The notes under the pieces: model-generated
Database searches by the model: none
Told to the model about the DNA's origin: nothing
What the model saw: only the letters and a program-made list of their open reading frames with translations
DNA from: Dimorphilus gyrociliatus
Taxonomy: Eukaryota; Animalia; Annelida
Length of the DNA stretch: 64,000 nt
Direction: 5' to 3'
Assembly (NCBI GenBank): GCA_904063045.1
Contig: CAJFCJ010000003.1
Location: 434,001 to 498,000, forward strand
Shown: one piece after another, positions 1-13,380 of the stretch
Layout of the letters: every line of letters begins with the position of its first letter
How positions within the stretch are numbered: the stretch's first letter is position 1
Position numbers and translations under genes: made by a program

Positions 1-70
1 CAATTTCACTTTTGATGCTTTTAAAAAAGGAAACCCCCCCTTAAGTGCCTCCTCCTCTTTTACTTATCAG

Positions 71-178
71 CATTATACTCTTGGCTGGTCCTAATTTGGT
101 TATCGTGTGTAGTTATGTTTAGTTTTCTTTATAATTTTTACTTTAAATATTCTTTTAAATTTCTTTATATATATATAA

Positions 179-213
<35 letters not shown>

Positions 214-236
214 GTGTTGGTGCTATTTGTGTATGA
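71..236 (+). CDS. Possible last two exons (71-108, 214-236) of a gene entering from the left, ending in a hydrophobic tail ...IILLAGPNLVIVCVGAICV*
   Basis: AG acceptors at 69-70 and 212-213 and a GT at 109 give an open frame ending at TGA 234-236. No family recognised; other frames are possible. Confidence 0.2.
182..211. repeat. (TA)n microsatellite
   Basis: Direct reading. Similar (TA)n tracts occur at ~5691-5718, ~11208-11231 and ~50776-50804. Confidence 0.9.
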
Positions 237-1539
237 TTACGCTATTTACCTCGCCTCGCTATGCGATTTGGACAAAATTTTTCAGAACATAAACACTATT
301 AAATTCTTGCACAAAATCCAGTTATTTAATACTGATATTGCTTCTTTTGCATGGCTACTCATACTTAAGATTTCTGCAAGCGGTTTGTATTTCCCAATAG
401 ACTGCTTTCGTTTTCTTAGGTTGATGAAAGAATATGGTTTTGCATCATTTTAGCAAAGAATTTAAAAGAGCTCTTAATTAGAGAAAAAGAAAATTTTCAC
501 ACGGTATTTCGAGGTTCTTTCGAAAAGAGGAAAAAAATTTATTTCGTATAACGAGGAGAGGGCGAGTAGGGAGGGAATGTTTTTTTTTTCAATTCGTTTT
601 TATTGTGAATTTGATTATTTATAATCTATGAAAAAAAATCAGTCTTTCGAATTTTTCCAGATAAAATATCTAATATCACCTTTTACATAACATATATTTT
701 TATCTTGATTTCAATTTCTTGTTTTCGTTTTTTTCCTTTTTTTGCATTTAAAAAAAAGGAAAGGAAACAAAAAAAATGTTCTCTTTTATCTTTTTCAAAT
801 TATATTTTTAGGGAAAGAGATCCAGAGAAATAGAGGGAGAAGGCCAATATAGAATTATAAAAAAAAGAGAATGGAATTATCTTCTATTCCTTCTCTAACT
901 TTTATTCCCATATCACTCTCCCAAGCTATCTATCTATCCATCTCTCTCTCTCACATACACACACACTGTCTATCTCTCTCCAGAGAGAGAAATATATATT
1001 TATATAATTTTTAATATTTTGATCTTTGATTCTTTGGTAAAAGAAAAAATAATTGATTATGTTCGTCAATGTCTCCTTATTTTTTCTAGTTACTCCTAGT
1101 CCAAAAGTTTTAATAAATTACATGTTTGTTTGTTTCCTACACTATTCTTTGTATAGGTGATTGGTATTTAAAAAAATATGAAAAAAAAACAACAACAACA
1201 AACAAAATTACTAAACGCAGATTAAATGTTTTTCAAGTCTAATAAAATTTCTATAAATAACATTATAAAAACTTATATTTTATGATAAATCTATACAAAT
1301 GTTTATAAATCCGTATGTAATACAGAAAATACCTGTATTCTAAAGCTATTCCTTTAATAATTGATAATTCAAGTTTACATTAAAGCGAGAAAACTATATA
1401 CAGATTACAATATTATTAACTTAATTAGCAGACGAAATAAATATATATTCCGAGAAGAAATAATAGAAAGGAAAGAAACGTATAACATATACTTAAATAT
1501 AAATACAAAATACAATATATAAATTTGTTTAGACATTTG

Positions 1540-2381
1540 TTAGACGTGGTCCTCTAATTGTTTTTTAACCTTCTCCAATAAAAGTCGATTCAACTTATTC
1601 TCTTTCATATGAACTATGACAAATGATATAATTCCTAAAATGGCAATTGATCCATCAAATAGCCAAAAATGCTTTTCTTCTTCGCTTGGAAGCTTTGGGC
1701 AGCTAGAATGTAGATTTAAAGACAGTTTAGAATTTTCATTATGCCATCATGTTGAATTTTTGTTTGTTTTTTCCGTACTTATTATCGTTTTAAATTAATA
1801 ACAAACCTTAGTCTAATTTGCCTAGTTTGCTTTGTTGCATTCATTGTACATGTTATTTCTTCAAAGTAACCAGTTTTCCCGCATTCTTTTAATGCTTTCT
1901 GTAATATGTAATAGCAATTAGACTTGAAAATGAGTCAAACAGTTGACATTAATTAAACGACAATACCTTGTCAAAATTTGAACACTTTTTACACTTTGCA
2001 ACGACCGTCTTACTCTCGCCATCTTTGCAAACTGTTTCTACACTTTGTTGCTTTAACATAGTCCTATTTTTTGCTTGAGATGAAAGCTCGTTTTCTATGA
2101 CTAATACTATGATGGATAATCTGTAAGCAAACACATTATGACTAATCGCGCAGGTAATTTTTCTAACGGGCATAGAGAAATTTTGCTTTAGAAAGTATAT
2201 AAATAGAGTAAGTATTATTTAAGGTGGAAAATTTTAAATTATAATGCTTTGATGTTAGAAACAATTTAGGACAAAGCTTAAGAAAAGAACGATAAATGAT
2301 AATCAATGATTAATAATAAACTCACACTATGAGTACACATATGGCTATGGCCATTCGTTTCTTTGTGCAAAATTCTATCAT
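1540..2381 (-). CDS. JTB: Jumping translocation breakpoint protein (JTB), 4 exons: 2381-2326, 2120-1967, 1898-1807, 1702-1540; 154 aa
   Basis: Spliced product MIEFCTKKRMAIAICVLIVLSIIVLVIE...C..KCKKCSNFDK|KALKECGKTGYFEEITC...SCPKLPSEEEKHFWLFDGSIAILGIISFVIVHMKENKLNRLLLEKVKKQLEDHV*. N-terminal signal/TM, six-Cys ectodomain, FW-x-F TM segment and LEKVKKQL tail are typical of JTB. All introns GT-AG and frame consistent (465 nt). Confidence 0.88.
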
Positions 2382-2712
2382 ATTTATTGAATTTACATTA
2401 ACGTCATCGTACGAAGAGAGAGAAAAAAAATATATCTTGTTTAGCCAACTTGCCACCGGAAGTTTAAAACAAAGCCCATTTTCTAAGAAAAATAAAAAAT
2501 TTTAAAATTTATCTTAATTATTAGAAATATACTAATTCTGTATCTGTAAACATTTTTAAGAAATATAAAAAAATACGAACATAACGGCGGAAAGTCTGAA
2601 ACGCATGCGCAGTCAGCCAGTCATTATCAAAGAAGAAATTTCTGGTGAAGATTATGAACATTTTTACGTTCAGGAAGGCTTAGTGGAACATTTATGACCG
2701 TAAAATGAGGCA
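2382..2712. promoter_or_regulatory. Bidirectional promoter JTB/UBE2Q
   Basis: 331 bp between divergent ATGs. Contains an ETS-type CCGGAAGT (2456-2463) and an NRF1-type CGCATGCGCA (2602-2611). Confidence 0.65.
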
Positions 2713-5400
2713 ATGGCGTGTCTAGAAAAGTTGAAGAACGACATAAGGCGGTTAGAATGCGCATTCCCGGCAGATCATGCCAGGTTCCGCGTAGTGTCAG
2801 CTTCCGTTGATGAACTTTCTTGCTGTTTAATCGGCAAAAATGACACCATTTATATTATAAATGGAAATATTCCAGTAAGAAAATATTTTTTCTTTATTGC
2901 TTCTTTAACAGAATTTATTTAACCTGCTTCAATATATTTTTCATCTATGAATAATATATTGTCTACAGCTGTTAGGCATCTCACCTTTTGACCCCATTAC
3001 CTTCTAATTATTTATTTATTTTTTTAATTTTTTTACTAATCTGTGGAGACTTGTAATTTTTCAAAGTTATACAAGACAGTTATTAACTTTAAATCAAAAC
3101 TAACGGCTAGAAAACGAAATAAGGAAACACGGAGGAAATTGTAAAGAATTTCAAAAGTTACCCTTCTTTCCCGCTTCTTCTTGACAGTAAAAATCGAAAT
3201 ATCGCATTTCTTAACAATTCAAATGGATATTTTACAAGATTTATACTCCTAATTCGTTTATTTTCGAGCCAAAATGAGATAGATTAATTATAAACGTCTA
3301 ACTACTAGTTGAAGATGCCTAATCATAAGAAAACCGCAATAAGTTGATAAATTTTTCTATTTTAACGGTTTTATCAATACTAATTGTATTAAATTAACAA
3401 AAGAATTAAATACATTTTAATCTTTTCTATTTGCAGGAAGATTATCCTAATTCACCGCCCGTCTGGTATGTCGATACAGAAGATAGCAGTATTGCTGCTG
3501 CTATTAAAGAAATAATGTCAATGGGGGATTCCAAATATTTTCCAGTACGTGTCAAGTTTATTTACAATATATTTTTATCATTCTTATGGAACATTTTTTT
3601 TATCTTATTTACAGCTTCTGCATCAAATTGAATTAATTTTGAAAAAGCTGTGCCACGTACTCAATGTACCTGTTCCTAGGGAGTTGCAAATGGTGGCATC
3701 AAACCATATTAAAGAGGTATGACAAGTTTCCAGATATGTTTTTTTTAAGTACTTGATTAAAGTTACCAAGTTTGAAAAGTACAAATAAATAACTGTACAA
3801 AACTCTCTAGTTTAATAATCTTAAGAGATTTATCAGCGAACTCGTATCTTTTGTTGTGAACTTGAATTGATTATACATTAAATAACCTCACTCTTCTATA
3901 GAAATGTCTCGTTGAGTATATATATAATACTTGTCATTAGGCTGTTTGTTGAAAGAAATATACGACATTTTAATTGTGTCGTAAAATTCATTAATTATTA
4001 GCATTTAGGCTCTTTTAAATGACATAGCAGTATTTTTGAAGAACATTACTCTAATTTAGCAACAATTCACGTTGCTAATAATCATTATATTCTTTTGATG
4101 ACCGTTATTAAGAATATATAACACATTCAAACAGCCTGAAAGCTCAGATTCTGAAATGGAAGTAGATGATGATTATTACGATATGGAGGAGGATATTTCG
4201 TAAGTGTTCCTTGTATATCTATGACATTTTAGTAATGGTTTTTTTTTTCATGTATTTTGCTTGTAGTGAAGGAAAGAGTAAACAGGAATTTGACGGTATA
4301 TCCGCTAGAAATCTCGCAACGTTAGAAAAATTAAAACATAATCAACGACAAGATTACTTAAAAGTATACTATTTTATAAAACATTTTTCCATAAAGTCCG
4401 TATTGAAACTATTAATTACGATCAGGGTTCCGTATCCGGTTCTGTGCAATCTACTGATAGGCTAATGAAAGAACTGCGGGAGATATATAAATCTGAAAGT
4501 TATAAAAAGAGTAAGTACATTCGTTTTTTAGACGTTTCTTAAATTTTCTGTCAGGCGAAACACCAAAGCGAATAGTAGTAGTACAATTTAACATTTGCAT
4601 ATATTTTCATCCTACTAAGTAACTTAATTTGGTTGGATAAAAATGACTTTAAAAAGATATGCATAAAAATAAAATAAAAGAATTTTTTTTGCGGGGGATG
4701 CACACTTAAAGATTAGTTAATTCTCTTGGTGAAATTCTACAAAATGTAATTATATTTGTTTATCACTGTACAGGCATATATGCCGTTGAACTCTTGAACG
4801 ACAGTTTATACGAGTGGCACGTCAAATTATATAAGTAAGTTAAAATCTTTTTCTAATAGTTTCCTTTTAAAACCCCGGAAGAAATGCATGTACTTTTTTT
4901 TTTAATTTTTAAACGTATCCTTATCTCTTCTATAGAGTCGATCCAGATTCGGCACTTTATGGAGACCTTTCCGCCTTCAAGGAAAAAGAGGGCAAAGACC
5001 ATATTCTCTTGTCTTTTACTTTTAAAGATACATTTCCTTTCGATCCACCTTTTGTTCGAGTCATAGCCCCCATTATTAATGGAGGATATGTATTAGGGGG
5101 TGGTGCAATATGTATGGAATTGCTAACAAAACAAGGTTGGAGTTCAGCATATAGTATGGAAAGTGTAATCATGCAAATAGCCGCCACATTGGTCAAAGGA
5201 AAAGCAAGAATCCAGTTTGGAGCTTCGAAAAGTCAATATAGTTTGGCCAGGGCGCAACAGAGCTTTAAAAGTTTGGTACAAATTCACGAAAAGAATGGTA
5301 TGAAGAATAGCTATAGCATTATATTTTATTTTCTAATGGAGGTATAATTGTTTATTTTCTTGTTTTAGGTTGGTTTACCCCCCCAAAAGAAGACGGTTAA
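2713..5400 (+). CDS. UBE2Q: Ubiquitin-conjugating enzyme E2 Q (RWD-like N-terminus + UBC), 9 exons: 2713-2874, 3437-3544, 3615-3716, 4135-4199, 4267-4363, 4426-4510, 4774-4834, 4936-5297, 5369-5400
   Basis: Motifs [49 protein letters not shown] (catalytic Cys present) and C-terminus [15 protein letters not shown]. All GT-AG and in frame. Confidence 0.97.
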
Positions 5401-5686
5401 CCAATGCATTTTTTAGCAAATTTGAAACTCAACTGCTAAAACTCTAAAATTCTACTAAAAAATACTGATGCATGTATATGTTTTTGTATAGTACGTACTT
5501 ATCCTTCGACATGTGGTACGGTGGACCGATTCAAAATGGATAAACTGTTAAATTTCGTCAGTTATTCAGCCATCTTACTGCTCATTTTTTATGTCGTAAA
5601 TGAAAAAAAAAAATACATGTTGGCCTTTTATATTTCCTAAAATCCATACATATATAAGCGGTACCTTATTTACATTTTCTCATATA

Positions 5687-5721
<35 letters not shown>

Positions 5722-8169
5722 AACTTGAAACAAAGCATTCAACGACGATGATGATGATATTTATGTAAAATAGGATATTTTATTATATATGTATGATTAA
5801 AAGTATTCAAGAGAAAAAACCCTTTTTAAGTATATATAAATATTTATATATACATTGTATATCAACAAATGTACAGCAATAAACGAAACGAAAGTCGTAT
5901 TTACATTTTTCTTTCTTATAAATTTATTACTCAAACGTCACTTTTTCCATTAAATAAGTCTAACCTTTACACTTTGTAATCGGTTTATGTAGAATAAATA
6001 TTTTTACATTATATAGATATAATAAGTGGATTAGGCTCATTCAGTCAGAGCATATCTTATTATTCACAATATGACCTTTCTTTCTTTCCGATTCAATTCA
6101 TAAGACTATCTACTCATATATAAATATTAGTATTAATATGTATATATATCATTATGACTAACTTAATTTGATAACGAATTATAGGTTCTCGTTGAAAATT
6201 GGAAAATGTTTAACATCAAACCTGAATCTATTGAATATAGCTCAAAAGATAATAAAACTTTCTATTTAAAAGCAGAAGAGAATTTAAAATTTCATATTTC
6301 TAATAATTCACCAATATCTATGGCTGAAAGTCAACAATTTCTTTTAAAAACTCTATGATGATTACATTGTTTCGCAATGTTATTATTGTCGACTGTTACT
6401 AAGGATATACATTACAGAGGGAGAACGGGGAATAAAAAATAAAGATGGCGGGAGGGGAGGGAGTAAGAGAGAAAGAGAGCGAGAGAATAGAAGAGTAATA
6501 TTTAAAATATACAACAGATGTCGCCTTGATGCAAATGCTAGGATATAAAGTAGCTAAATCGTACCTTTTAAAGCCGATAATAATAAAGAAAAAGAATAAA
6601 TGAATGAATGAAACAGTTAATTAATTAATTACAGCTAAGTTTCAATATCCATAGAAAATATAAAATTGATTGCAATAGATCAGTGAAGTATAAACTAATA
6701 TAAATGGATTAACCATTTAGGAACTAATACAGTAGCTTCTTAAACCTAAAATCACATCAAAGAGAGGCGTGTTTAGTAGGAAATTATATAGAAAATGTTC
6801 GAATAAAGGAGTGTATATAGAATTAGATCGCCGAATGTTGTGCATCATACCATGAAAGCGTTTAAAATTCAACAAATTATAATTATGCAACACCTAGATA
6901 ATGGCTGAAGTTTAATCGTTGACATTTAAAATCTACGAGTTGTTTATAATTTCCAACTGTTTATTAGATATTTAAATATAGAGAGAATCTTTTTTCTAGT
7001 GAAAAAACACAAATCTCACTATTTGAAATGAAAGAAAAATAGAGCAATAAGATAGAGAGATTGGTATGGGGAATAGATTCTATTTTGAAATGGGCTTTCA
7101 AAATCACGAGAAAAACCAAAGTGGAGAAGGGTAAAAGGGCGGTATAAAATGTTAAGAATGTTCTTTCTAACCTATTAATTTCTAAATTGGCAACAACAGG
7201 TGATACCATTTACGCAAAAATGTATTGATATGTCTAAAAAAAAATAAAAGGAACCCTAAGCCAGAAAACACACATTAAAGCTTAATGAGCAACAGTTTAC
7301 AGTGAGATTCATAAAAAACTGCTTTACAAAATACAAGAATAATCTCTTGACGTTTTAATATCATCTGAAAAAGATAGGGAACAATATAAATACTGGTAAA
7401 CAATATGCTAACTGAGACAATCTCACAAAAAAAAACAAACACATGTGTTGAGCAACAAAAACATGTAAAAAAAAAAAAAAAGAAAAAAAAACTACTTTAT
7501 ACAACTAACAGGTAAATGCGGAATGTTACATTGTGTAATGATCATTAATCAAGGAAGGATAAAAAAAAAACAAAAAAAAACGCATGAGCATAAATGATGG
7601 CAAAAAATAAATATATATGTATACATATATACATATATACATACATATATATATATATATATCATAGTCATATGCATACGTATGATTATTAGTTATACAT
7701 GTAAAGATTTGAAGAGAGAGAGATAAGGATGAAAAAACGAACACAGCAAAAAAAGCTTTTAAAGGAGAATTTGAGCTTTCAAAAAGGATGACAAAAATGT
7801 GTTTAGCCAGATTTCAGCATATTGGATGTGAAGTAGGGATTTGGACTTTTTAGGATAATGGCATTATTACGTAATTGGCTTTAAGGATTATAGACGTGTG
7901 TCTTCTCCTAGCAAAACTCTTAGGATTTTTTAACAAACTTGAGAAAACAACCTTGTAAAACACATGGTCGATTAATAAGAATATCGGTACATCCAGTGAG
8001 TGAATACCAACCACGACAAGCTTTGTCTTTTTTTATAAGTGTTTTACGAGAGTTTGCATTATGTGTACATTATGTATGTATGTGTGTATGTGTGCAGAAA
8101 AACAGCTAGAGAGGTAAAAATTGTAGGAATGCAACAACATCGTTAAAGGAAGAATGCGCCCGGAAAAAG

Positions 8170-9457
8170 TCAAACGCACTCCTGATCCGAATCTTCCTGC
8201 GTCGTACTGGGTGCAAGTGTTAGCGGAGATAAGGCCGATCCTTCCATCGGCTGATCGATCGTTTGAGGAGAACCGCCGTCTGTATCTGACTGACGCATAG
8301 CCAGTTCTTTGGCCCGTCTTCTACGAGAGTGTATAGTGTCCTTGACCATTGTCAGAGGCCTTTTTACCTGTTTGAATACAAATCAAGAATAAGCGGTGAA
8401 AGAGAGAACCATATGAAATAGAAAACAGAGAGAATTCGATTTAACTCTATATAACACGGAATATAAAATAATTAAGAAAAAATAGTAAAGCAATTAAAAG
8501 TAAGTATAAGAAAAAAATGCCAACTCTGTGTAGCTTATAGTATAATCCACAAGCATTACAAACGGTTTGTCCATCATCATCTCTTCTCCACAGTGTAGTC
8601 TTACTCGTATTACAGTTCGTGCACCTCATTCCAGGCCTTTGCTCCCCCTTCTTACAAATTTGACCTCCTCCTCCGAAATTTGAACTTTTACTAACGGAAT
8701 TGTAAAGCTTATCCCTAATTGCTGAACTGACTTCTTGGGTATTAGCTTTCGGCATGATCGGCGCCGCCAAAAGATTGGTAATAAATGGGCTTGTTGTCGG
8801 TAGAGGAGGTCTTATCTGATTCATCTGATTCATATTCATTGAGAGAACAATATTTTGTATAGCAGATACTGATGGAGGCAAACTAGGTACTGGTTGAGGG
8901 AATGTTGAAGAAACCGTATCGGGAACTGCTACTTGTGGTACTTTTAATAATGAAGTATTTTCTTCCTCAATACGTTTTTGCATGACATCTTCGGCAAATT
9001 TGTCAATATTTACTTTGTTGTTCCTTCTAGGTTGTTGAGATTTTCTTAGCATACTATGTTTTACTCTTCCAATTTTTGGACTCTTTCTCTCCTCTTCTTC
9101 CTGCCTTCTGAGGTCCATCACTAATTTATCCGACTGATCGGAATCAGATGAGAATTCTTGGTCTTCGTCCCAATTCCTTCGACAGTCTTCCTCATTAAGC
9201 TCTGGCTGAATGACTATAGTTCCATCAGATCTGCATTGATATTTTTCGACATCGGACGAAGACGTTATTCGTTCGTCTGGAGCAGCCTCTATTACATCTT
9301 TTATATCAACTAGTAAAACCTCATTCTTATCTATAGTTATAGCGAGAAGGCCTTGTATGGAGAGTTCACTTGAAAATTCCAAACTGGTTTTACAAAGCAA
9401 GTTTATAGCTTCTTTTAAACCGATTACTGTTCTCTCTTGTTCTCCTTTAACTTTCAT
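8170..9457 (-). CDS. Single-zinc-finger GATA transcription factor with an uncharacterised N-terminal domain; exons 9457(acceptor 9466)-8525 and 8367-8170
   Basis: [33 protein letters not shown]|[20 protein letters not shown] is a GATA C-type finger (CX2CX17CX2C) with its basic tail, joined across a phase-0 intron. The start codon is uncertain because upstream exons are possible. Confidence 0.88.
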
Positions 9458-11803
9458 ATTTTGCGGCTGTGATTTAAAAATATAAATCAATTTTTGTTAT
9501 TCACGAATACAAGAAGAAAAACGCAACTCTTTCATTCAATTATTCATTCGTTCAGACAAGAAACAATATGCTCCTATCAACGTACCAAACAGTAGTAAAA
9601 CTCTTGTTTAAACCAAGTCGTGAGCCAAAAGCTACTCTCTTTACCTTACGTAATATTATGTAAAAATCCGCCTATCAGAGAGTAACTTACCTATAATCTA
9701 TCTGATGAGTTCCTTTGAAAAGAAACTCCCTCCTTCTGCGTATTCACGTAAAACAGCGGCTAAACCTATCTATGCTCAGAATGACGACGAGAAAATAGAC
9801 AGTCTTAGAGTAACAATTGTTAAAAAGTCAATCGGAAACAATCGATAAAAGTGAAGAGCAAAGTCTTCTACCTTGGATATATATATATATGAATATACAA
9901 ATTGCCGCTACGTCAATTGGAAGATGGAAAACACTTATTAACAGCAACTACACGAATATTTCACTTAAATAGGAATTTGTTATGCACATCTAGCATCTTT
10001 GTTAGACACGCCAAAAGTATAATAATGCAGGCACATACCTGTACTGATCTATGTCTACATGCATATCAAGGTAAGCGTATACGTACAGATAGAATATGCA
10101 ATCCTATCCATCTCTTTATTAATATATATTTATAACTAGAATCTACAATACGCTGGCTATGCAAGAAACAAACATTTAGTAAATGAATTTTGCTGCTATT
10201 GAAATTTCTTGATAAAAATAAATAAAAAATGTAAACAATCATTATTAATTGTATATGTATAGCTTAAATATAGATACACATCGCAAGATCTATACATTAC
10301 ATTGTATAAGGCAGTGCAAAGCACATAAAATAGTCTCTTATCTTCTGTCTGCTTTACACTTATTACCCATACACATGGCACCATTACACTACTTGTTAAT
10401 AAATTTTATATCCTTATATACAGTATATATATATGTTTGATATTTAATAATTGCACATTTATTCAAGTGTTTGAACGTGTTCTTCTTTCTCATAAGTTAA
10501 ATTGAATATATACAAAATATCCATTTATATATGCATATATATACAAGTTATGGTATACATTTACACCTATATACGTATCATATACGATTAAATAAATTAG
10601 TCGTCGTTCTATATAGTGTATATACCGAGTACATATCCTTTATTACAGATACTTATATATTGAGCATGCAAGATATATCCAATATATATCTACACATATT
10701 TGTTCACGATATATATCAGTGCATGCGTATCTGCAATATACACAACAGGCAAGATTATAGTTATATAGTCTTATATGCGTACAGATAACGTTTACCTCAT
10801 CTAGAAAACATTTACATATCTTGTCGCTAAATTAATCAAGACTAGTGCACGAAAAAACAACCAGTTTTCGCGGTGCATATGTATACAGATAAGGTAATAT
10901 TGAATAGATTAGATAAATTAAAAGGCTCGCTAAAGAGAGTTGGCTATTGTTCTTACTTTAATTAGCTGGATAACCAATGAAGATACTTAACATTTAGACA
11001 GAATATTAATAACAATATTTATCTACCATTCGTAACACGGATCACATAAAAATACATTCGAACGCACCTGCTTCGGAACGAAATTTATAAAATCAATATT
11101 GTATCGGATGGCACGAAGCCAGTGCCCGGATGGTAAATAACCGGTTTTTCGTTTCTCTTATACGAAAGATTTCTGTATCCGGTAAATGCGAAACAAATAT
11201 TTCTTTCCTATATATATATATATATATATATAAAGGATATACAAGTATTTATATATATATATGTATAAATATATATATTCTTTTTATTTAAAGAATGTAT
11301 GTTTATTTATACACAAATTTACAGTTGAAAACTTTTCTCCTTACTTACAAAGAATGAATATCTCAATTATTAACACTTAATATAGTTAATGCATAATCTT
11401 AAGGGATTACGTATAAAATTCTATTTAAACAACAATTACTAAACAACTTTAAGAAAATGTAATACACATTTTTACAACATAAACCAAGTTGTAGAAATTA
11501 ATGACGCGTTTAAAAATGTGTAAAAGTTTATAGTAAATGAGTTGTTTACTAGAATTGGCAGATTTTATTGACTGCTGGTTTATCGTGAGATGACAGGGTT
11601 AGGTTTAAAAGGTGTCTACATTTCCATTTACATTTAATAAGGTTATTAGAAAGGATTAGCTTAGGAACAGTAATAAGACGAAAAAATTGGAGAAAAGAAG
11701 TTTGTAACAAGGGTAATATCTTTAGGGATTGAAAGGGATTATGTAGATTTTATCTAAGGCTTTTCTGGATGATTCTTGCTGATATTTAATTGACGAACAC
11801 GAA

Positions 11804-11806
<3 letters not shown>

Positions 11807-11835
<29 letters not shown>
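11807..11835. repeat. (CT)n microsatellite
   Basis: Direct reading. Confidence 0.85.
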
Positions 11836-11840
<5 letters not shown>

Positions 11841-12132
11841 CCTATCTTTATCATTATCTTTCTAAGTTTAATGCGCTTAACAATTCCTCCTCTTCTAATA
11901 AAATTAGCTTGGTTCGTTAGATTATTGTACAAACATCATACTGTCAATTAAGGAGATACTCGACTGAGTCGGCTAATAAACATAATGTGTTAGATAATTG
12001 ACTACGATTAGTGGCGGTAAAGACCTTTAATTTACGTACCGAAAGGTTAATTTGCTGATAAGATAGAGAAAACAGGGCACAGCAGCAAACTAAGTTTAAA
12101 AAAAGAGCAGATGATAAGAAGATCCAGCTCAC

Positions 12133-12258
12133 GTTCCTTATCCGAATCTTGGCAACAGCTGCAAATAACGCAGTGAGAAAAAGTTTGTAGAGTAAAAGAG
12201 AGAGTCTATATAAAACAGGGACTCACCTGGATGTTGCACCAAAAGTATGCGCGTGCAC
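12133..12258 (-). other. Two small upstream exons (12258-12227, 32 nt; 12158-12133, 26 nt), probably 5' leader exons of the GATA gene
   Basis: Pyrimidine-rich CAG acceptors and GTGAGT/GTGAGC donors, separated by a typical 68-nt intron. Confidence 0.45.
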
Positions 12259-13380
12259 CTGCGCCAAACGGTGAAAAAGAGAGAGAAGGATAAGACTTAT
12301 TGTAGAAAATCAGTCATGCGAATATATCATATCAGTTAACCGAACAATGGCTTCTATCTGTTCGTGCACCGACACCACCACTACCAACCTTATATCTACT
12401 TTTTCTAATACCTTCTATTTGCATACAGATCATATTCATCTCTTGCCCATTTTCTTATTTCACTCTTTTTTAATCCTCTAGAATTTCCGTAACCTAATTA
12501 ACCTCTTTTTAATTATTCCCTCTGACTTCCTGTATTTTTCTCACTCTCCTTTCCCTCCCCCTTTCCCTTTCTCTTTCTTTTTGTCTATTTCGTAACTAAA
12601 TCAAATATTTCATTGATGTTAAAATGAGAGAAAGAGAGAATAAATAAACCCTTCCCTAACTTTGCCGCCTTTTTTTCCTTTCTAATTTCTCCCTTTTTTT
12701 CTAACCAATCCTCAGTTATTGATTCACTTCTTTTCAATAATAGGAACTAAATATTAACCCGGATTAATCTTAATGAAGTAATCCTTTTGTAGACATATAT
12801 ATATACAGTTTGGGAAAAATAATCAGTCTATTGTCGTATCACAACACTTTTAATTCGCTCCTTACTGTTTAATTCTCTAACTGGTAAAGGGAAAGTTTTC
12901 TTCACACCTACTCTAACCAAATCATTAACCGTTAAGAATTTGACCCTGTACGAATTTCTTTGATGAAATTCTTAACCCCTTCGATTACGCAATCCTATAT
13001 CGGTCAACAGGCTGGTGTGTGTTAAATATAAGTAGGACTAAGTTTTCAAAAAATATTCTCTTATAGACGGTAGATGTCGTCCTCGTACAGAAATTATAAC
13101 CAGTTTATTTTTGTGAAACATTCTCAAATATATTTATCTCAAAAATACAGAGTCTCTACATACCTTATCACTATTATTGAAGCAAATGCGATATTTTTGG
13201 TTAATACTTTGTATTGACATATCCTTGAAGGTAACGAAAAAATTTAATAAACCCTACCCGAATACACAATTTTTTAAATTGTACTGTTATATCCTCTTAT
13301 TATAATATCGCTCTTTATTTAGAAATAAATGTCAAGTTTTTTCGTATTTCTTAACAGCATATAAACACGAATTGCAATTA

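Noticed and set aside
6964-7209. 81-aa hydrophobic ORF on the minus strand
   Set aside because: Composition reflects T-rich 3'UTR-type DNA; no family motif or splice context.
7526-7744. ORFs rich in I/Y/F here and at 9902-10788, 20475-20750, 41200-41418, 50297-50599
   Set aside because: Translations of TA/TG microsatellite and low-complexity DNA.
11944-12132. ORF with a signal-peptide-like start (MSWIFLSSALFLNLVCCC)
   Set aside because: Its GTG start is the GTGAGC splice donor of the 26-nt exon, so the sequence is intronic.
12925-13025. TTAACCC motif and a short inverted repeat resembling piggyBac/MITE ends
   Set aside because: No matching GGG-TTAA right end, no second copy and no transposase.
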